The notes beneath the pieces are model-generated. The model did not search any database. It saw only the letters and a list, made by a program, of their open reading frames with translations, and was not told where the DNA came from. A DNA stretch of 64,000 nt from Bacteroidales bacterium UBA3696 (GTDB lineage: Bacteria; Bacteroidota; Bacteroidia; Bacteroidales; Paludibacteraceae), in contig DFIN01000001.1 of assembly GCA_002372135.1 (NCBI GenBank), positions 478 to 64,477 on the forward strand. The letters run 5' to 3'. The position numbers and the translations under genes are program-made. Positions 48,033-57,000 of the stretch are shown in pieces; within the stretch, counting starts at the first letter, position 1, and every line of letters begins with the position of its first letter.

Positions 48033-51000
48033 ATGAAAAAATTTTTCTCCTTTTGTTTGGTGATTGCCGCCGTGTTTCTGACCCTATCTCCGCAGATAGC
48101 GCGGGCGCAGTTAAATGAGTATTTTTCTATCCGAAGTACGTGGTCGGGGGCAACTACGACCATTACGTTCAACGGGAGTGTCAGTGTGGATTTGTGGTAC
48201 TCTACCGACAAGTCCAACTGGACGCAGATTACCGAGACAACCAATATCCCCACGTACAACAAAACCTATTTCAAGGGAAACAACCCGACCGGTTTCAGCA
48301 CAAGTACAACGGATTTTGTGCAGTTCTTGGCAGGAGGGACAAGTCAGGTTTACTACCTTGAGGGCAACATCATGTCGCTCATTAACGGCAATGATTTTGC
48401 GACTAATTATTCCACAATCCCGTCTGATTATTGCTTTTATTCCTTGTTTACCAATAAAGCGGGGTTGAGTAGTGGATATACAGAAACCAATTGGTATGCC
48501 GGCGATTTACTACTACCGGCGGATTATCTGACTCCGCACTGTTACGAGTCGATGTTTGAGCGAACATACGTCAAGACGCAGCCGCAACTGCCTGCGCAGC
48601 ATTTGGCGGAGTATTGCTATCATAAAATGTACTATACCAGTATGTCATTGGATATGCGTACCTCTTATCCCGCTACGCCGATAGAGTATATCCTTCCGGC
48701 GGAGGAGTTGGTGCCGCACTGCTATGAGCATATGTTCGGCATATACAACAACAATCCGACTATTTACCAATATGTAACCATTATGGCAACCTCTTTGCAA
48801 GACCGCAGAGGTGAAGATATTGAAAATTGCCTGAAAGAGATGTTCTATTATGGTGTCGCTCTTAGCTCTACATCCGGCAAATATACCAAATATTTTGTAC
48901 AACTGTTCTTTACGAATTGGGGGGATGTCAGCAAGACAACTTGTCCGACATACAACTGGTTCGGTGGAAATTATAATTGTTCCGGTAACTATTTCTTCTA
49001 TGACGCAAACCTTTCTTGGTCAGTATCTAATATTAAATTGGGATACAGCGGTATTAAATCTCAATTCCCGAATGGAGCATATAGTTGCGAAACGAACAAT
49101 TGTACGAGCTTCTGGGTGCCTGAAGATTACAACTACCTCACTTTCGACTGTAAGACCAACGGCGGCACATGGGAGGCGGATGACGACTACAACACCGACC
49201 TCCGCCGCGTGGTGCGTGCCGGCTACACTGCCAAGACGGTGCCTGCCGCTCCGCACAAGTTAGGTTGCACCTTCCTCGGCTGGTACACCGCTCCCTCTGG
49301 AGGTACGAAAGTGGATAACGCCACTATCCTCTCACAGACAACGGCGCAAACCTACTACGCGCAGTTCATACCTAACGATGTGGACTACACCATCACCATC
49401 GCCAACGGCGAACACGGACACGTAGTCGTAACGCGCAACAACGAACCGACTGCCACTTACACCACCACCTCTTCGGTGCACAATATGTCCGAACTGACTA
49501 TCACTGCCGTTCCCGATGCAGGCTACCGCTTCAAAGCATGGACAGGCGATGCCGCCACTATCAAAACAGCTGAAGACAATGGCACCACCTACTACCTTGT
49601 TAACGACATCACCGTAGGTGCCACCTTCGAAGCCGACGAATGCACCGTGACGATTAACACCCCTGCATCCAACGGTACGCTGGCTGCATCCGACGGCACG
49701 AACAACTACGCTTCGGGCAATACCTACACTTTCAACCGCCAATTAGACCTCAACAAGGTGCTGACCTTTACTGCCACACCTGCCACACACCGCCTCTTCA
49801 CAGGCTTCACGGTAACGGGTGCGGAATTGAGCAACATTACAGCAGCCCACACCCCGTATCAATATGATGATGTGGTAACGGCTCAATACACCATCACCGC
49901 CTCCACACCGGACGAGGTGACGGTAGACGCGACCTTCGTCAAACCGACCTACACAGTCTCCACGTCCATCACCGGCAAGAACGGCGGTTATGTCACCCTG
50001 ACAGCCGACGGCTATGCTGACCAGACCGGCAGCGGAACGTATGACATCGACACCCGCGTGACCCTGACCGCCACGCCGAACAACGCGATGTTCAAATTCG
50101 TCAAATGGACTGACAATGACAGCGACAACCCCGTGCGTGTCATTACAGCGCTGACTAGTGATATAGCTCTCTCAGCCGAGTTTGACTTGGAGGGCGAACT
50201 CTGGTCCGCTCCCGCTACGGTGGATGTCTATTCGTCAGGTGTCACCCCGACCTGCACTTCTACTATTACAACATCCAACTATCGCATCCTGTATAATTTG
50301 GATCCCGTTAAAGGTAGTGACAACATTACCTATACGCCTGTGGATATGGGTGCAGGTGTCGCTTGGGCGGACAAGAACATCGGTGCCACCGACCCGACCA
50401 AGGCGGGCAGTTACTTCTATTGGGGAGGCACAAAAGCCTACGGGGAAGAAGGTTATACAACGGTATCAAGTTCAAACTACTATAAAGGAGTGGCGGATAT
50501 GACGGCGACCACATCAACAGCTGTCGCCGCGCAGTATCCTTTACCCACTGAAGCTGATGCCGCAACGCAAAAGATGGGCGGGCAATGGCGTATGCCTACT
50601 TACTATGAGATGAATAATCTCATTTCTTCCACTTACACAAGTAGTGCGCAGGTTAATTATAACTATACAGTTACCAACAAGTACTACACAGACGATAAGA
50701 TTTTTATTCCTGCCGGAGGACGATATGAAACCACTTTGTCCAAAGGTGCGGCATACCTTTGGACAAGTACCGTAGCTGGTAAGAACGGAGCCAGCAGCAA
50801 ACCGTGGGTATATTATAATCACGCGATGAGAGGCAATGTTACTACCACTGGAAATTCTGTGGCTTATTATGCTCTGCCTGTCCGTGCCGTCTATGTCCCG
50901 TCGTTCGAGACCTGCACGCTGCAAGTGCTTGTCTATTGGGCATCTACGCTGAAATGGACTTACAACTACATCTGTGAGGTCGGTCAGACCGTCACCATCC

Positions 51001-54000
51001 GTCAGCATCCTGCCGCAAGCGGATACAAGTTGTCGGCTTGGAGGGAGAACACTTACTCGGGTACCGAACTCTCCACGGACAATAGTTATACTGTGACGCT
51101 TACAGGGAACCAGACGATAGCGGCGCATTACATCTCCGCCACCACCTATCAGCTGACCACCAAAGCCTCTCCGCTCAAGGGCGGAACGGTGGATGGCGGT
51201 GGTTATTACCCAACCGGTACAAGCGTTACGCTTACCGCCACACCGAATGCCAACTACCGCTTTGTGCGCTGGTCGGACGGCAATACCGACAATCCGCGTA
51301 CTTACACTACCACAAACGCGGCTGTTACGCTTACGGCGGAGTTTGAAGGCTATGTGACGGGCGTTACATCCTCTACAGCCAACGTGGATGTGTTCGCTTA
51401 CACCGCTAACACCAACTGCTACAAGATTCTCTACGACCTGCCATCAGAGGTGAACGGCTACCGTCCTGTGGATATGGGTAATGGCGTGGCCTGGGCTAAC
51501 AAGAACCTCGGTGCAGCCGATAGTACGGCTTCGGGCAACTACTATGTCTGGGGCACGACCTCTCCGTTCACATCGGTGGCCACAGGCACTTATTATGCAG
51601 GCGCAATGGATATACCGCTGACCACCTCAACGACTCTCAGTGCGCAATATGCTTTGCCTGCCGATTCGGATGCCGCTACGGTGAATATGGGTGAGCGGTG
51701 GCGTATGCCGAATTATGCGGAAATCTATTACCTCGCCAATCCTAACGGAGCCACGGAAGCAGGTGCTGCCGCAACGGGTTTCACATATACCAACAAACTC
51801 AGTGGCGAGAAATTGTTCATTCCGGCAGCAGGTTACCATAACAAAGTTGGGAATACTCCCTCCTCAACACCTACATCCGGAACGTACTTCTGGGGTAGCA
51901 CGGTTGGAAAATTCAATGCCAACGGCTATCAGTGTGTAGCTTCCTGCTATCAAAGCGGTGGGGCGTTGTATAACAATACAACATACGGATATGTGTATTA
52001 CGCCATGCCTGTCCGTGCTGTCTATGTGCCGCCGTTCGAGACCTGCACGCTGAAAGTAACCGTGACAGGTCTTAACCAGGTAGGCAACGGCACAAGCACC
52101 TATTACTATTATTATATCTGCGAAGTAGGTCAGCGCATTCGTATCACCGCGCAACCGCACTCCGTGGGTTCTACGGGCTTTACCTACGCCTTCACGCAGT
52201 GGACCGATGATGACAATAGCAGTGCCGTGGTGGGGACGGACCCGACTCTCGACTTCGTCATCGCGGGCAACACCAACTACACCGCCACTTTTGCTTCCAC
52301 CACCAATTTCTCCACCATTCACGCTTTGCCACAACCCCGCTCCGGCGGATATGTCTATGGCGTAGGGCGTTATAAGAATGGCGTTACTACGCGGCTGCAC
52401 GCTGTGCCGGAAGAGGGCTGGACTTTCGTCCGCTGGGAGGACAACAACTCTACCAACCCCTACCGTGAGATAACCGTCAATGGCGATGCATCCTACAATG
52501 CCGTCTTCACCTCTGCCGTACCCGCTGCGGCTTCGGCACACAAGTACGTCAATGTATGGCACGAAGCAACCACCACCACAACGGAAACACTCTATGACGG
52601 TTCGCCCCTTGAGACTTGCACGCTGACGGTCAAGACTTATCAGTCGAATAGCGCCAAGGCTACCTACAACTTCGTTTGCGAAAAAGGACAAACCGTCACG
52701 GTGAGTGCGTTCACCAACACCGCCAACTACTCGCTCCTGCACTGGACCAATTTGGAGTACGACATAATGAGTTACGACCCGACAGTGGAGTTGGTGGTAA
52801 CGGAAGACATCACCTACATCGCTACGTTCTATACCACGCGTGCAACGACCCGTACACTGACGCTTGACTGTACGCCGCGAGAGGGAGCAATTTTTGATGG
52901 TGCTATTAAGGGGAACACCAACCATATCGGCGTGTATGAGGACGGTCAGGTGACCAAACTTGTCTGCCATCCGAATCCGCACTACCGCTTCCTCTATTGG
53001 GACGATGACCACTCGCTGACTGACACGGCGCGTATCGTCACTGTAACGGAGGATAGGACATATACCGCTGTATTGGAGATGGATTATGACCTCACTACCG
53101 TACATTCCGAGGATGCTTTCGCGCAGGTTTATCAAGGCGGTACTTATCAGGGTACGTACCTGCGTTACGCCCTGCCGGGCTATGATGCCAACGGCTACCG
53201 CCCCGTGGATGTGGGTGTCGGTGTGGCATGGGCGAACAAGAACATCGGAGCCGCTGACAGCACCAAGGCGGGCGACTATTTTGTCTGGGGTCTTACCACT
53301 CCCGCCACTACGGTCAGCAGCAGCGGAACCAACTACTGGACGGGTGTCACCTCAATGTCCTCAACCCTGACTTCAAGCAACACAGCTGTGCAGTATCCGC
53401 TTCCCGCCGCCAATGATGCCGCAACGCAGATTATGGGCGAGCGGTGGCGTATGGCGACTTATCAGGAGATATACAATCTGGCTAATGTGACAGGCAGCGG
53501 TTCCACCGAGGAAGGCCAGGCATCAGCAGGATTCAGATATACCAACAAGGAGGACAATTCGCAGTTCATCTTTATCCCTGCAGCCGGATGCAAGAAGACA
53601 TCGGGTACGGAAACGGTAACAACCGGTACAACCCACTTCTGGGGCAGCACGGTCAAGTCTGTCAGTGCCGCTTCATCCCAGCCTACATACTACTTGAATG
53701 GCGGTTGTTCAGCGGGTTCCACCACTTACTATGCATGGAACGCCATGCCAATCCGCGCCGTCTATGTGCCGCCGTTCCAGACCTGCTCCGTAACGGTGAA
53801 GACTCCTACCAATCAGTATATGTACATCTGCGAGGTAGGTCAGCGCATCACCATCACCGCTTTCTATGGGGCTGCCACGGCAACCAGTCAGAATTATCGT
53901 GTGCGTGACTGGATAGACCAGAACAATGTCATTGTTTCCACCGACCAGACCTATTCCTTCATCGCTCTGTCGAATGTGACACTGACAGTGAATTTTGTCG

Positions 54001-57000
54001 CTCCCACTACGAAACGCACGCTTACCTTCAATGTGTCGCCTGCCGGAACAGGTACAGTGAACAACCTTGCGACTTTTGTCGGCAACTATGAGGACGGTCA
54101 GCATGTGCGTATTCCCGTGAAGGCTGCGGAGAACTACCGCTTCTCGCATTGGTCGGACGATGAAAACAACACCGATCCGAATCGTATCTTCACTGCCACA
54201 GCCAATGCTACTTACACCGCAGTCTTCGAACCCGATGAAGCACAAGCCGCTGACGCACACATAGCACAGGCTGCCACTCGTGACACAACGAAGATTCTCT
54301 ATCCGCTGCCCGTATTGACGAAGAACAATATGTTCTATACGCCGGTGGATATGGGTACGGGTACCGCTTGGTGCGACTACAATGTGGGCGTTACCAATCC
54401 GACCAGTCCTAACGGATATTATTTCCTTTGGGGTGGAAATGCCAACAAGACTTCCACCTATAAGACAACCACTTACACATCAGGAGCAGTTACAAATACC
54501 ACAGAAGGCGGCGATTTGCCATACAACACCACTTACGATGCCGCTTTGTATCAAATGGGTACAGGTTGGCGCGTACCGAGTAAAGAGCAGTGGGATGCCC
54601 TTGTGGATAAGTGCTCAACGGAAACAGAGAACACTTTTGTCAATCCTACGGATGCTACTAAGTCCATCACCTTGCCTAAGGCGGGTTCGTATGCACCGAA
54701 TACCACATCCAATTATAGCACGCTATCCAATAATCCTGCTTTAGCAGCCTATTGGAGTCGCACTTTGGCTCATAAAGACAATACGGCATACAATAGTCAG
54801 CCGTGGTGCTATCTTGACGGAGAAGTGAAGTATGGCGCGGATATACCTATATCAGGTCGTCAAGGTTATGTCAGCTACGGTATGCCTGTCCGTGCCGTCT
54901 ATCAACCTTCGTTCACGCCTTGCACGCTCACCGTGCGTTACACCAACGATGAGGAAGTAACCCGCACCAATACCTATCTCTGCCAGCCCGGACAGCCCGT
55001 CCGCATCACAGCCATTCCGTCAGAAGGCTATGTCTTCAAGAAATGGAACGACAACGATACGCACGCCGAGCGCACTATCTTCATCTCTGAAGATATGACC
55101 CTCACCGCCGAGTTCGAGGAAGCCAATGCAGGTTCCGCTCTGATTATCACGCAGGTGAACAACGGCGAGTGGGGTAGTGTAACCGGCGGCGGCGAATATG
55201 ATAAAGGTGCTGCCGTGACGCTGACCGCACAACCCGAAGAGCATTACCACTTCGTTAAGTGGCAACTCAACGATGCGGACATAGTGGGCGGTGCCACGCT
55301 TAATTTCACCGCGACCGCTATCGCCACCTACAAGGCGTTCTTCGCCATTGACGAGCATACCCTCACCACAACCGCGACGAACGGAACGGTAACAGGCGGC
55401 GGTACCTACGACTACGGCACCACAGGCGTTACGCTAACTGCCACAGCCGACGACCATTACCACTTCGTCAAATGGCAACTCAACGGCGAGGACATACCGG
55501 GCGAAGCCTCCCTCACGGTGGACGTAACTGCCGATGCAACTTATAATGCCGTCTTCGCTATCGACCGCCATACGCTTTCCGTCACCGCTACCAACGGAAC
55601 GGCAACCGGCAGTGGCGAGTATGACTACGGCACCGTGGTAACGCTCGGCGTGACACCCGACGAACACTACCATTTCGTTTCGTGGTCGGACGACGGCGCA
55701 CAGAGCCACAGCGTAACCGTAACCGCTGATGCCGAATACACGGCAACCTGCTCTATTGACCGCTTCACGCTGACCGTCAACGGCTCGAACGCCACTGTCA
55801 CAGGTGCGGGCGAGTACGACTACAACACGCAGGTAACGGTTACCGTCTCGCCCGATATGGGCTATAACTTCGTCCGCTGGACCGACGGTGAGACCAACCC
55901 GTCGCGCATCGTAACAATGACGGAGAACAAGACGCTTGCTTATGAGACCGTTTATGTGCCTTCGTATGCGATTACGACCGTAGCCAACGGCGGTGTTATT
56001 TATCAGACAGCTGACCGCTACGAACAGCAGAACGGTCCGACTACCTATAGTTATATGAACGGTACGGTGCTGACCCTTGAGGTGGCTGCTTCCTTCGGCT
56101 ATGCGTTCACGGGCTGGTCAGATGGCAACAGCGACAACCCGCGTGTCGTAACCGTGACGGAGGCAAAGACCTACACCGCCGAGTTCGACGAGCAGACGCA
56201 TATCGTGTTCCATAAGACCACGGGTGTATTGGACTTCCCGACCTATGCGAAGAACACGTTTGCCGTTATAGGCGAGACAGACGATGTGACGTTCCGTCTG
56301 TACTTCAATACGGCTATCAGCACCAACAAGACCGACTACCTGTCGAACCTCTCGCTCGATGCTTCGCAGTCGTATATTCAACCTACGGTAGGAGCTAAAC
56401 GCACCATCGCTTCCGCGACCGTAGCGAATGTAGAATACTTCGGAAATCAGATTCGTGCGGCACACCTTACGGCAATGCTGACTGACACGGAAGGCAGAAC
56501 ATACGATGTGGATATCTATACCAATGAGATGATTAACTATGCCACCTATCAAGAAGATTATACGTATAAGTATTATTCGTCTTATTTGTCCACAGAGTCA
56601 AGTTGGGTAAGCGGTCGCACGCTATTCAAGGCAGGTGAAGAAAACAACTTCCCGCTGAATATAGTCAATGCCAACTACCATACCTTGGGTTATTGGTACA
56701 GCATTGCAGGTTCGTCCGCATACGATATTATCAATATCAAGTTGCAGTTTATAACGGACGAAAGCAAGCCCGGTGTTGTGCCGACAGGAGTTTATCCTAT
56801 CAATAGCACGCAACAACCCGGTACGGCTTTCATTGGTGTGATACCGTCTAACTACATAGAGCGTCAAACCAATAACAATGCATTGAACTATGGCTGTGTA
56901 GTCTTCCGGGATTACCACGACCAAAGCACCTATGTGCGTACAACAGACAACTGGACGCTGCGCGGCGGATATATTGAGGTAGTCAATGTGGACGAACAGT

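Noticed and set aside
51864-53135. Long antisense ORFs inside the giant gene: 423 aa here, plus 57066-58028 (320 aa), 50541-51128 and 53709-54260.
   Set aside because: They lie opposite an uninterrupted, domain-rich 11.6-kb ORF and have Arg/Gly/Val/Cys-rich, domain-free translations. This is typical of the shadow frame of a GC3-rich gene.
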